A DNA stretch of 60,350 bases from an uncultured Candidatus Saccharibacteria bacterium (GCA_964577675.1 CAZNZQ010000002.1:1-60350), one strand, 5' to 3'; shown: positions 7,851 to 16,918, numbered from the stretch's first letter. The notes: generated by a model from the letters alone, not told the origin. Numbers and translations are program-made.

Positions 7851-8606
7851 ATGAACAATAAGGACGAGATATACATATACGGAAAGCATCCAGTAACCGA
7901 GGCATTAAGTGTGGCAGGTGGGGCACGCGCTATTCGTGAGCTTTACATAACTAAGCAGAGGGAAGGAGAGCCGGACTTCATGGGTGCGGTTCAGAGCTCC
8001 AATATCAAATATCATAAAGTGACCGAAGAGGAAATCGAGAGTAAGGTTGGTCGCGGCGCAGTGCATCAAGGGGTGTGCGCTCTGGTAGACACATCCGAAC
8101 TATATATGTCTTTGGATGAGTATCTAGTAAATGAGAATAAAGCGAGTCCTTGCCTCGTGTTGCTCGACGAGTTAGAGGATCCGCATAATGTTGGGGCGAT
8201 TATTCGTTCGGCGGTAGCGTTTGGTGCTAGTGGGATACTGTTACCAACCCATGGACAGGTTCATGTTACCGGGACTGTTGCCAAGACTTCTGCTGGGACT
8301 ATTTTTTCTATACCGCTCATTAAGATTGGAAATGTTAACACTACATTAAGAGACCTAAAAGAAAAGGGGTACTGGACTTACGCTCTCACAGGAAGTGGAG
8401 ATACCTCCTTATACAATGCAAAGTTTGATAGCCCAACTGTTATCATCATCGGCAGCGAAGGAAAGGGTGTAAGGGAAAAGACAGAAGAGCTGAGCGACTT
8501 TAGACTCTCTATCCCAATTGACGAAAAGTGTGAATCATTAAACGCCTCAAACGCAGTTGCTGTTACGCTCTACGAGTGGGCTAGGCAGCAGAAGAATAGT
8601 AACTAG
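7851..8606 (+). CDS. rlmB: SpoU/TrmH-family RNA 2'-O-methyltransferase (RlmB-like)
   Basis: Contains LDELEDPHNVGAIIRSA, IIIGSEGKGV and SLNASNAVAV, which are SpoU motifs 1-3. Confidence 0.8.
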   Translation: MNNKDEIYIYGKHPVTEALSVAGGARAIRELYITKQREGEPDFMGAVQSSNIKYHKVTEEEIESKVGRGAVHQGVCALVDTSELYMSLDEYLVNENKASPCLVLLDELEDPHNVGAIIRSAVAFGASGILLPTHGQVHVTGTVAKTSAGTIFSIPLIKIGNVNTTLRDLKEKGYWTYALTGSGDTSLYNAKFDSPTVIIIGSEGKGVREKTEELSDFRLSIPIDEKCESLNASNAVAVTLYEWARQQKNSN

Positions 8607-8613
8607 TATTAGT

Positions 8614-8644
8614 AAAAGCGCGAAGCCTTTGGCTTCGCGCTTTT
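8614..8644 (+). terminator. Intrinsic terminator after rlmB
   Basis: aaaagcgcgaagcc-ttt-ggcttcgcgctttt forms a 14-bp stem including the T-run. Confidence 0.75.
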
Positions 8645-8667
8645 ACTTTTGCTATACTCTTCTATAT

Positions 8668-8895
8668 ATGATAATTGATGTACGTACAGAAGAGGAGTTC
8701 AATGATGGTCATGTAGATGGTGCAACTAATATATCTGTAGCTGATATTGGTACAGCTAAGCTTTCATTTGATTTCGAAGAAAAGCTCGAGGTGTACTGTG
8801 CAAGTGGTGTTCGCGCCCTCGCCGCAAAAGAGATTCTTGAGAAAAGAGGGTTTACTAATGTGGATCTTTACAATGACGGGAAGTATCAGAGGTAA
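8668..8895 (+). CDS. Single-domain rhodanese-like sulfurtransferase
   Basis: Contains IIDVRTEEEFNDGHV and the active-site loop CASGVRA. The ATG at 8668 lies 9 nt after TGCTATACT (8650-8658). The track ORF is extended to 8557. Confidence 0.75.
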   Translation: MIIDVRTEEEFNDGHVDGATNISVADIGTAKLSFDFEEKLEVYCASGVRALAAKEILEKRGFTNVDLYNDGKYQR

Positions 8896-8926
8896 AAGGT
8901 CTTAATTGCTTATCAATAAAGACAAC

Positions 8927-8952
8927 GGCCGTGATGGGTAAGCATCACGGCC
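8927..8952. terminator. 10-bp GC-rich hairpin at the edge of the 8.9-9.4 kb GC-rich island
   Basis: The sequence is ggccgtgatg-ggtaag-catcacggcc. Only a weak T-tract follows on the minus strand. Confidence 0.4.
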
Positions 8953-9263
8953 GGATGCTTCCCACTCTACAGTCAGAGCTGGGAGTGTTTGGATGGTTCT
9001 CCGTCGTCGCCAAAGATTAATCTGCGCGACGAGCCGAAGAAGATGCTTCCAGGAACGTCCGCATCCCCTCCATTCCTGTGCTCGACAAAACGGCATTCGA
9101 CCTTCCCGCTCTCAAGCGTTCGATCTCGATGCGGTGTGATCCAGAGAGAAGAAGTGTCAACTTCTCGTCCACGTGTCCTCTGAGGTCCACTTCTTGATTT
9201 TCTGCTGCGAAGTGGTCGTGACTTGCTTCAGCAAAGAAAAGGTGATGGGCGGTGAAATATCTG

Positions 9264-9395
9264 CTATTCGAACCTTTCTTCTCTGCGAAGAGTAAAGACT
9301 TCGCTCTCCTTGATGTTGGCGATACTCTGAACGCCAAGCAGTTGAGAGACCCGTGTTGTAAGCGCGGTGTTTAATGGTGATGGATTCAGGTGCAT
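9264..9395 (-). CDS. 43-aa SD-led ORF in a GC-rich island, possible HTH fragment
   Basis: AGGAG lies 5 nt upstream of the ATG (complement of 9393-9395). The product is MHLNPSPLNTALTTRVSQLLGVQSIANIKESEVFTLRREERFE. The rest of the island has only frame-broken ORFs. Confidence 0.2.
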   Translation of the reverse strand: MHLNPSPLNTALTTRVSQLLGVQSIANIKESEVFTLRREERFE

Positions 9396-9598
9396 GACAG
9401 CTCCTACCAGTTCCAGAATTCTCTTTTGAATTAGAACGAGAGTGTATTCTATAATCTATGGCAAAAAATTAAAGAAAAGAAAATACGACCGTTCTAATTG
9501 AGGCCGTGCTGCGGGGTTGGACAACCTTTAAATACTACATACTATCTCATCTCTTGTAAAGAGATACCACTTTACTCTGTACGTGTTAGAATACGCAC

Positions 9599-10648
9599 AT
9601 GTTACAGCGATTCCTTCAAGGTTTTTCGAATGATATTGGGATTGATTTAGGTACCGCTAACACTCTCGTTTACCTGCGCGGTAGAGGTATTGTTATTGAT
9701 GAACCGTCGGTTGTTGCGCTTAATCAGAAGACGAATCGCGTGGTTGCTGTAGGTATAGAAGCAAAAAACATGATGGGGAGAACCCCGTCACATATCCGCA
9801 TCGTGCGTCCACTTGTGGATGGTGTTATCTCAGACTATGAGGTAACAGAAGAGATGCTCAGTTACCTCATCAACAAGGCTAATAATATTGATCGGAAAAT
9901 TTTTCGTCCACGTGTGGTTGTTGGTATCCCAGTTGGGGTAACCAATGTAGAGATGCGTGCGGTGTATGATGCAGCTAAATCTGCCGGGGCTAGTAAAATT
10001 TATATTGTAGAAGAGCCAATGGCTGCAGCAATCGGAGTGCATATGCCGATTCATGAGCCAGTCGGGAATATGATAGTAGATATCGGAGGAGGCACAACGG
10101 ACATCGCAGTGATTGCTCTTTCTGGAGTGGTCCGATCAAAGAGTCTAAAAGTAGCAGGAGATAAGCTAACAGAAGATATCATCGCTTATATGCGCGACGA
10201 ATTTAAGATGCTAATTGGAGAAAAGACAGGTGAGCATATCAAGATGACTATTGGTTCAGCTCTCCCTGGTGAGGAGGGAGAAGAGCTAAGTATTAAAGGG
10301 AGAGACTTAGTAACAGGACTCCCTCGTGAAGCAGTTATAACTGACACTGATATACGTGAGGCTATGTATTCTTCTATAGCACAGCTCGTTGACTCTATCC
10401 GAGAGGTTCTCGAGACTACCCCACCTGAAGTGTTGTCAGATATTATGCAAAAAGGAATGACTCTCACGGGAGGAGGTGCGCTCATTAAGCACTTACCTCA
10501 CATGCTTGAGATGCAACTTAAGGTGCCGGTTACTGTGGCAGATGATCCATTAACAGCAGTTGCGCGCGGTACTGGTATAATCTTAGAAGACATCAAGTTA
10601 TATAAAGATGTATTAGTAGAAAACACGGATGACATATCGTTTAGATAG
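9599..10648 (+). CDS. mreB: Rod-shape actin homologue MreB
   Basis: Contains GIDLGTANT, DIGGGTTD and LTGGGALI. It is followed by mreC and PBP2. Confidence 0.95.
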   Translation: MLQRFLQGFSNDIGIDLGTANTLVYLRGRGIVIDEPSVVALNQKTNRVVAVGIEAKNMMGRTPSHIRIVRPLVDGVISDYEVTEEMLSYLINKANNIDRKIFRPRVVVGIPVGVTNVEMRAVYDAAKSAGASKIYIVEEPMAAAIGVHMPIHEPVGNMIVDIGGGTTDIAVIALSGVVRSKSLKVAGDKLTEDIIAYMRDEFKMLIGEKTGEHIKMTIGSALPGEEGEELSIKGRDLVTGLPREAVITDTDIREAMYSSIAQLVDSIREVLETTPPEVLSDIMQKGMTLTGGGALIKHLPHMLEMQLKVPVTVADDPLTAVARGTGIILEDIKLYKDVLVENTDDISFR

Positions 10649-11426
10649 AGGAAATGACAAAAAAAATAAAGTAACACTCGCAGTTGTAGGAGGGTTGTTT
10701 TTTGTTACTATTTTTTTCTGGCCGAGCATTCAACCTTTTTTGTATAAAGCGACAGAGCCTGTTACCAAAAGAGTTTTCGAGTTAACTGGCGGGGTTTATA
10801 TTATCCCAGATTTTATCAGGACATATTTTTCATCTCGCCTTACGTTACTCAATGAAAAGAAGCTGCTGAGAGCTCAGATCGAAAGTTTAGAAAATCGCGT
10901 TGCCGAACAAGATGCTCGCCTAGAACAGCTGCTCGGGTTATTTGAAGACGCGCCAGAGACTTCTGTTAAACGCACGCCTCCAGTCACTGCGTCGTCACTT
11001 GCCCGAGATGTAACCCAGGTCTATGCCACCCTCATACTGTCTAAGGGGTTCGGAGATGGGGTTGAGGTTGGTGATAGGGTCTATTTAAGAGGGAGGCAGG
11101 TTGTCTGTTTGATAAAGGAGACCTATTCACGCACTTCTTCGTGTGAACTTTTCTCTGGTTTTGGAAATAAAATTGAAGGCGTTACTTCATCGTCATCAGT
11201 TAACATTATATTAGAAGGGAGAGGTGGCCACTATATTGCTAATATTGTTAGAGACACGAAAGTTACTGTAGGCGAAAAAGTCTTTTTGCGCGAAGATCCA
11301 ACATTTACACTAGGCGAAGTGGTCGAAGTTTTTAATAACGATCAAGACACCTCTTGGCATATTCTCGTGCGTAGCCCCTATAACCCAGCTGCCTCATCTC
11401 AGTACTATATAGAAAGACCTAATTAA
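10629..11426 (+). CDS. mreC: Rod-shape protein MreC
   Basis: N-terminal TM segment, a coiled-coil (LLRAQIESLENRVAEQDARLEQL) and a beta-rich C-terminus. It sits after mreB. Confidence 0.8.
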   Translation: MTYRLDRGNDKKNKVTLAVVGGLFFVTIFFWPSIQPFLYKATEPVTKRVFELTGGVYIIPDFIRTYFSSRLTLLNEKKLLRAQIESLENRVAEQDARLEQLLGLFEDAPETSVKRTPPVTASSLARDVTQVYATLILSKGFGDGVEVGDRVYLRGRQVVCLIKETYSRTSSCELFSGFGNKIEGVTSSSSVNIILEGRGGHYIANIVRDTKVTVGEKVFLREDPTFTLGEVVEVFNNDQDTSWHILVRSPYNPAASSQYYIERPN

Positions 11427-11437
11427 AAAGACTCATA

Positions 11438-11596
11438 ATGGCAGTACGACACTTCTTTTTCCTAATAGCAGCAGTAAGCGCGCTTATTATAGATACTATT
11501 TTTGCTATAGGGAGGTACCCGGTTTTGACGATCTTCGTTTGTGTTATAGTTGTAGTGTATGAACTTGTTTCACCGTTTATCTACACGTCGCGCTAG
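11438..11596 (+). CDS. 52-aa two-TM peptide in the MreD position
   Basis: The product is MAVRHFFFLIAAVSALIIDTIFAIGRYPVLTIFVCVIVVVYELVSPFIYTSR. It overlaps the mrdA start. The assignment rests on position only. Confidence 0.3.
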   Translation: MAVRHFFFLIAAVSALIIDTIFAIGRYPVLTIFVCVIVVVYELVSPFIYTSR

Positions 11597-13283
11597 AAAG
11601 GCTGCTTCATACGAAATTGATCCAGAGGATGTTTTCTTGGACTCCGAAAACCTCTCATCTCTAGACACAGACCAACTAGAGGGGCAGCTTGAGCGTCCTC
11701 TTGGTGTGCATGTTTTCTACGCGACTATATTTGCAACACTGCTTCTTACACTTGGTTTTTCTTATAGACTCTTCTCTATGCAAGTGATCGAGGGCGATGT
11801 TTACCAAGAGAAGTCCGACAATAATCATCTAAGAAGAATCCCACTTTTTGCACTTCGAGGAACTGTGTCAGATAGAAATGGTGAAATTTTAGCGTGGAAC
11901 AGCACAAGCTACGGCACCTCAACAGATGAAGATCTTAATAAAGATATCCCGAAAAGACTGTACACGGAGACGAAAGGCTTTTCTCATGTACTTGGGTACG
12001 TGAGCTACCCTAAGAGGGACCAGAGTGGCGTCTTTTGGCAAGAAGAGTATGTTGGTAAAGATGGTGTAGAAAAAATGTATCAGACTGAGCTAGCAGGGGT
12101 AAAAGGCGAACGCATTATAGAGGTGACCGCTCTTAAAAAGGTCGAAGCACAGAACGTAGTTGTATACCCAACAAACGGAGAAAATATTGTCCTGTCTATC
12201 GACAAAGGGGTACAAGCAAAGCTGTATGAGAGCATGGAGTCTCTAGCAAAAGAAGTTGGGTTCACTGGTGGAGCTGGAGTAATAATGGATGTAAGAAATG
12301 GGGAAGTCTTGGCGATTACTAGTTATCCTGAATATAATAATACACTTATTACAAATGCTACCACTAAAGAAGAGAAGAGTAAGGTGGGAGAAGAACTAAC
12401 AGACAAGCGGCAGAAGTTCCTAGACAGGGCGGTGAGTGGCCTCTTCGTTCCTGGTTCAACAGTAAAACCCTTCTTCGCATACGCAGCCCTTGAAGAGGAA
12501 GTTATAGATCCAGAGGTAAGTATCTATAGCTCTGGAGCTCTTGTTATTGAAAATAAGTACGGCGGGCCAGACACGGTCTTTAAAGATTGGGAAAAGCACG
12601 GTTACGTCAATATGAGGCAAGCAATAGCCGCCTCATCAGATGAATACTTTTATCAAATAGGCGGAGGGTATAAAGACCAACCTGGACTTGGTATAAAAAG
12701 ATTAAAGGAATACGCCGAGAGGTTCGGGTTTGCTACGACTACAGGTATTGACCTCCCCGATGAAGAGTATGGGGTTATTCCTTCGCCAGAGTGGAAAAAG
12801 AAGCTATTTGATGAAGACTGGTTAGTGGGTAACACATATCACTCTTCGATCGGTCAGTATGGATTTCAGGTGACGCCTCTTGAATTGTTACGTGCAGTTG
12901 CAGCCATTGCTAACGGAGGATATCTTGTGCAGCCTCATGTATTACAACGTCTAGAGACGTCTTCTTCATCTATTGGTCTTTCGCCGAAGCATCTAAAAAT
13001 TATTCGAGAAGGGATGCGTATGGCAGTGGCGGGTGACATCGGAACAGCTAAGGGTTTAAGAATCTCTGGACTAGATGTAGCCGCGAAGTCAGGCACAGCA
13101 GAGCTCGGCGTGAGTAAGCAGTTAGTTAACTCTTGGATCACGGGCTACTTTCCATACGAGAATCCACAGTACGCGTTTGTTGTGGTTATGGAGAAGGGGA
13201 GCCGCGATAATCTAAAAGGTGCTGTATTTGCTGCAAGGCAAACCTTAGAGTGGATGAGAGATAATACGGACTATACGAAGTAG
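11559..13283 (+). CDS. mrdA: Penicillin-binding protein 2 (elongasome transpeptidase)
   Basis: Contains SxxK (GSTVKP), SxD (SSDEYF) and KSG (AKSGTA). It sits after mreBC. Confidence 0.85.
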   Translation: MNLFHRLSTRRARKAASYEIDPEDVFLDSENLSSLDTDQLEGQLERPLGVHVFYATIFATLLLTLGFSYRLFSMQVIEGDVYQEKSDNNHLRRIPLFALRGTVSDRNGEILAWNSTSYGTSTDEDLNKDIPKRLYTETKGFSHVLGYVSYPKRDQSGVFWQEEYVGKDGVEKMYQTELAGVKGERIIEVTALKKVEAQNVVVYPTNGENIVLSIDKGVQAKLYESMESLAKEVGFTGGAGVIMDVRNGEVLAITSYPEYNNTLITNATTKEEKSKVGEELTDKRQKFLDRAVSGLFVPGSTVKPFFAYAALEEEVIDPEVSIYSSGALVIENKYGGPDTVFKDWEKHGYVNMRQAIAASSDEYFYQIGGGYKDQPGLGIKRLKEYAERFGFATTTGIDLPDEEYGVIPSPEWKKKLFDEDWLVGNTYHSSIGQYGFQVTPLELLRAVAAIANGGYLVQPHVLQRLETSSSSIGLSPKHLKIIREGMRMAVAGDIGTAKGLRISGLDVAAKSGTAELGVSKQLVNSWITGYFPYENPQYAFVVVMEKGSRDNLKGAVFAARQTLEWMRDNTDYTK

Positions 13284-13427
13284 TGTTTAGTAAAGGACCC
13301 CCCATACAATCCTCTGAGGGCAGAACTCGAGTGCTCTTCTCTTGAGAAGAAAATAGCGCAGTGCAATTTATTTTTGTCAAGATTATTAAAAGCAAACTTT
13401 TGTGATATCATTTTAATCAATAAAAAT

Positions 13428-13883
13428 ATGGAATATCTAACAAAAGAGAAAAAAGCTGAGCTCGAAAATGAGCTTAAGCATTTACAAACGGTACGTCGTA
13501 AGGAGATTGCAGACGCACTTGAGTATGCTAAATCTCTCGGAGACCTTTCCGAAAACGCTGAGTATCACCAGGCTCGTGAGGATCAGGCTTATTGCGAAGA
13601 CAGAATCACACATGTTGAACAGATACTTAAGAATGCGGTTGTTATGGATGGTCATCAGATTGGAGTAGTGAGTGTTGGGTCAACTGTTACCGTGTCTAAA
13701 AAGGGAGACAAGGGCGAGAGAGTGTTCATAATAGTTGGAAGCGAGGAAGCTAATATCCCAGAAGGGAAAATTTCTAATGAGTCACCGCTCGGCGCTGCTC
13801 TTCTTGGAAAGAAAAAAGGAGATAAGGTTACCGTAATTGCTCCTAAAGGAGAGGTGGAATACACTGTTGTTGCCACTGCATAA
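13428..13883 (+). CDS. greA: Transcription elongation factor GreA
   Basis: Contains LGDLSENAEYHQARE and a C-terminal FKBP-like domain. The start is trimmed to MEYLTKEKK. Confidence 0.9.
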   Translation: MEYLTKEKKAELENELKHLQTVRRKEIADALEYAKSLGDLSENAEYHQAREDQAYCEDRITHVEQILKNAVVMDGHQIGVVSVGSTVTVSKKGDKGERVFIIVGSEEANIPEGKISNESPLGAALLGKKKGDKVTVIAPKGEVEYTVVATA

Positions 13884-13910
13884 TCAGTGACGTTTATCGG
13901 ATGTGACTTT

Positions 13911-13949
13911 AGGAACGAGCCCCCCCCACGGGGTCGCTCGTTCCTTTTC
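13911..13949 (+). terminator. Intrinsic terminator after greA
   Basis: aggaacgagc...gctcgttcct forms a 10-bp outer stem plus inner C/G pairs, followed by TTTT. Confidence 0.7.
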
Positions 13950-14066
13950 TAATGTTTTGCGAGAACTCATCGACCAACCGCTCTTCATTTGCTATCATAT
14001 AATCATGTCTACTATTGTTTGACACTCCTAACGTCCTAACTACTAACCCTTAACACATTTATTGCT

Positions 14067-15530
14067 ATGGCCTCCATCGAGGAACTTCGTGATTCAAGAC
14101 TAAAAAAGCTCGACACCCTCAAGCACGCCGGGGTATATCCTTACCCGAGTAAGTCGGCTAAGACTCATGATCTGGAGATAGTTGAAAAAGATTTTGTCCT
14201 TCTTGAAGGGAACAAGACAGACCTGGTTGTGGCGGGTCGTGTTATGACCTCTCGAGGGCAAGGTGCGATAGCTTTTCTTGATCTTTATGACGGGACTGCG
14301 CGTATGCAAGTGGTAGTGAAGTTACCAGAGTCATCTGAAGAAACGATGGCTTTTTTGCGCAACTACGTTGACGTTGGTGACTTTATTGAGGTGAACGGGG
14401 TCGCCTTTACAACGAAGAGTGGTCAGCACAGCGTTCTCGCTACACAAATTTCCATGCTATCTAAGGCGTTGCTTCCACTTCCTGACAAGTATCACGGTCT
14501 TCAAGATGAAGAGTTACGTATGCGCGAGAGATATCTCGATATTTTAACTAACCAAGAACTTAAGGATTCTTTTGTTAAGAAGGCGAAGTTCTGGAAAGTG
14601 GTAAGAAACTTTCTCGATAGTCACGGATTCTTGGAAGTAGAAACACCAACAATTGAGGTAACAACAGGCGGGGCAGAGGCACGACCATTTAAGACACACC
14701 ACAATGATTTCGACCTCGAAGTATACATGCGTATTTGTATAGGTGAGTTATGGCAAAAGAGACTAATGGCAGCAGGGTTCCCAAAAACATACGAAATCGG
14801 TAGAGCGTATCGTAACGAAGGCTCCTCACCAGACCATCTTCAAGAGTTCACTAATTGTGAATTTTATATGGCGTACGCAGATTATGAAAAGGGTATGATC
14901 TTGGTACAGGAACTCTATCGCACGATTGCAAAAGAAGTATTTGGTACTACTTCATTTTCTACACGTGGGCACACGTTTGATCTTGATGATGAATGGAAGA
15001 GAATAGATTATCGTGAAGAGATACTTCGTCAGACTGGGGTTGATATAGATACTGCGAGTAACGAAGATGTCGAGAATAAACTAAGAGAGCTCAATGTTAA
15101 GTATGACGGCAATAACCGTGAACGACTCACCGACACGCTCTGGAAGTATTGCCGTAAAAATATAGCTGGTCCCGCGTTCCTTATTAATCATCCGAGCGTT
15201 GTTGCACCTCTTGCTAAGAATAATAGAGACGGAAAAACAACGCAGGTGTTTCAACCTATCTTAGCTGGTAGCGAGCTTGGGCGTGGGTACAGCGAACTTA
15301 ACGATCCTCTTGATCAACGGGCGAGGTTCGAGAAGCAGCAAGAGCTTTTAAACGCAGGGGATGAAGAAGCGATGATGGCTGACTGGGACTTCGTCGAGAT
15401 GCTTGAGCACGGTATGCCGCCTACGTGCGGGTTTGGATTCGGTGATAGATTATTCGCTTTCTTTTCTGACAAACCGATTCGTGAGACACAAATGTTCCCA
15501 CTTGTTAAGCCGAAAATAAATGAAGTATAA
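14067..15530 (+). CDS. lysS: Lysyl-tRNA synthetase, class II
   Basis: N-terminal OB fold, then class II motifs YRNEG..., EFTNCEFY and GFGFGDRL. Confidence 0.95.
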   Translation: MASIEELRDSRLKKLDTLKHAGVYPYPSKSAKTHDLEIVEKDFVLLEGNKTDLVVAGRVMTSRGQGAIAFLDLYDGTARMQVVVKLPESSEETMAFLRNYVDVGDFIEVNGVAFTTKSGQHSVLATQISMLSKALLPLPDKYHGLQDEELRMRERYLDILTNQELKDSFVKKAKFWKVVRNFLDSHGFLEVETPTIEVTTGGAEARPFKTHHNDFDLEVYMRICIGELWQKRLMAAGFPKTYEIGRAYRNEGSSPDHLQEFTNCEFYMAYADYEKGMILVQELYRTIAKEVFGTTSFSTRGHTFDLDDEWKRIDYREEILRQTGVDIDTASNEDVENKLRELNVKYDGNNRERLTDTLWKYCRKNIAGPAFLINHPSVVAPLAKNNRDGKTTQVFQPILAGSELGRGYSELNDPLDQRARFEKQQELLNAGDEEAMMADWDFVEMLEHGMPPTCGFGFGDRLFAFFSDKPIRETQMFPLVKPKINEV

Positions 15531-15631
15531 ATTCTTATAATGGTGCATTAAAGAGCTTCAGGGGGTACTAGTTGACAAGCTGTTAATTAACAGATAGTAT
15601 CTTGAAAGACTTAAAAGAAAGGGTTCACATA

Positions 15632-16243
15632 ATGAACAAACTAGCTCTCATTGTATATGATTCTGATTTCTACCATCGTCGTCTAGCGGTAAAATTAAAA
15701 AACTATCTTACCAGTATTAGAGTTACCGTAGAGACCTGCCCAGTTAAAGATGGGGCACTTTCTCGGTTATCACAAACAGCAAGTAGATGCGGTGAAGGAA
15801 CAGTGTTTCTTTTGGTGTATATTGGACACGGAGAGAAGATGGGGTGGAAGAACATTGTGTCATACGCAGATATAGCCCAAGTTTTAAAAAACATTGGACC
15901 ATTGGTGGTTATCAATGAAACTTGTTACGGATTGCGGCTGTTGTCGCTTTTGAGAAAAACTAGAGAGACTCGAAACACTCTCTTTATAAGTCCTTTTGGA
16001 TCAAGAGGTGAAACGTATGCAAGAGCTGTAGAAGATGTTTTGCGCGCATGGCCTTATGCTCGCACACTAGAAAGCTTTTGTGGCGGAATCATCCAGCTTC
16101 GTTCTTTTGGAAATTCTAAAGTGTATCCCCCTCAAGTCAGGTGGGGGGCAGCATATGAACCCCATTTCTTTGGGGACAAGCAAAGGCCAGACCTCGTTCA
16201 AGGATGTGCGACAACTCTCCCGCCTGGTGGATTTTTAAAATGA
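15632..16243 (+). CDS. Stand-alone caspase-fold (clan CD/CHAT-like) putative cysteine protease
   Basis: A beta-strand-His motif (VFLLVYIGHG) and a beta-strand-Cys motif (LVVINETCYG) lie 32 residues apart, with an N-terminal LALIVYD strand. The track ORF starts at TTG 15602. Confidence 0.5.
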   Translation: MNKLALIVYDSDFYHRRLAVKLKNYLTSIRVTVETCPVKDGALSRLSQTASRCGEGTVFLLVYIGHGEKMGWKNIVSYADIAQVLKNIGPLVVINETCYGLRLLSLLRKTRETRNTLFISPFGSRGETYARAVEDVLRAWPYARTLESFCGGIIQLRSFGNSKVYPPQVRWGAAYEPHFFGDKQRPDLVQGCATTLPPGGFLK

Positions 16244-16257
16244 TATTTTTCTTTAAC

Positions 16258-16284
16258 AAAGCGAGCACATACTCGCTTTTTTTT
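16258..16284 (+). terminator. Intrinsic terminator of the cassette gene
   Basis: aaagcgag-cacata-ctcgcttt followed by a T-run. Confidence 0.65.
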
Positions 16285-16310
16285 GTAAAAAAGTAAATAA
16301 TCTTTTAAAT

Positions 16311-16424
16311 AAACCGATTCGTGAGACACAACTATTTCCGCTTGTGAAGCCAAAAGCAGAGCAAATATTTAGTACTACTAAAAAAGCGCAGAGACTTAAA
16401 AGCCTCTACGCCTTTACTCTTTAA
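16311..16424 (+). pseudogene. Displaced lysS 3'-terminal fragment
   Basis: It reads KPIRETQLFPLVKPK..., where the intact gene reads KPIRETQMFPLVKPK. It has no upstream ORF and ends near a hairpin (gcgcagag...ctctacgc). Confidence 0.6.
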
Positions 16425-16499
16425 CGAATACTTTTACCAATTAGGGTGTGGTGAGTACTGTTCGCTAAGAGCTTATATCCGTAATCGATTCAATTAGTG

Positions 16500-16918
16500 T
16501 ATGAATTCAACTTCGGTCAATACGTATCTCTCATATCAGGGTTCCCAATAGAGTGAGATAACGGCAGGAAACCAACATTCAGAAGATCTTCTCTGAATCG
16601 CTGGTCCATAGCAAAAGTCGTGTCATACGCTTTCGTGATGAGTCCTCAGTATCCATTACTTGACCTTTGGCAAGAGGCTCTTTGCTAGTAGAGCGTCTGA
16701 TTTCTTTTCCGGTATTCATAGGGTTTACCTGCTTTTTTTGCTTCGATACCATGAAGCTTACAGATATTTTCTTGAGTTCCAATGTTGTTTACTTTCAACG
16801 ATTGGAGAACCCTCTCAATACTCGTGCATTGTATGGTGTCAATCACAAAATGTCTTTGGGTTAAATTGCTCAGACGTGCGCTACGAGAGTCGCTATCACT
16901 TCCTTTGATATCTATCAT
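16500..16918 (-). pseudogene. Frameshifted NADAR (YbiA/DUF1768)-like remnant
   Basis: AGGAG lies 6 nt before the ATG (16918). The N-terminal half (RLSNL..FVIDTIQCTSIERVLQSLK..EAKKAGK) follows the NADAR pattern (E. coli YbiA: FSNF...PTSEHYFQAQK). The C-terminal half continues in other frames (GQVM...LLLWTSD). Confidence 0.4.

Larger units (their letters stand above)
15531..16310 (+). mobile_element. Single-gene insertion cassette bracketed by a duplicated lysS 3' end
   Basis: The 46 nt at 15471-15516 match 16311-16356 at 39/46 positions, and the first 20 nt are identical. The interval holds one gene plus its terminator. Confidence 0.4.

Noticed and set aside
9017-9337. 106-aa minus-strand ORF (MAFRVSPTSRR...) and plus-strand ORF 8989-9183
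   Set aside because: They have no SD or start context and no recognisable fold pattern. The only good initiation signal in the island is at 9395, in another frame. I treat the region as eroded rather than calling these CDS.
16660-16908. Plus-strand ORFs 16660-16908 and 16667-16864
   Set aside because: They overlap the NADAR-like remnant on the opposite strand, have no start signals and have odd composition.
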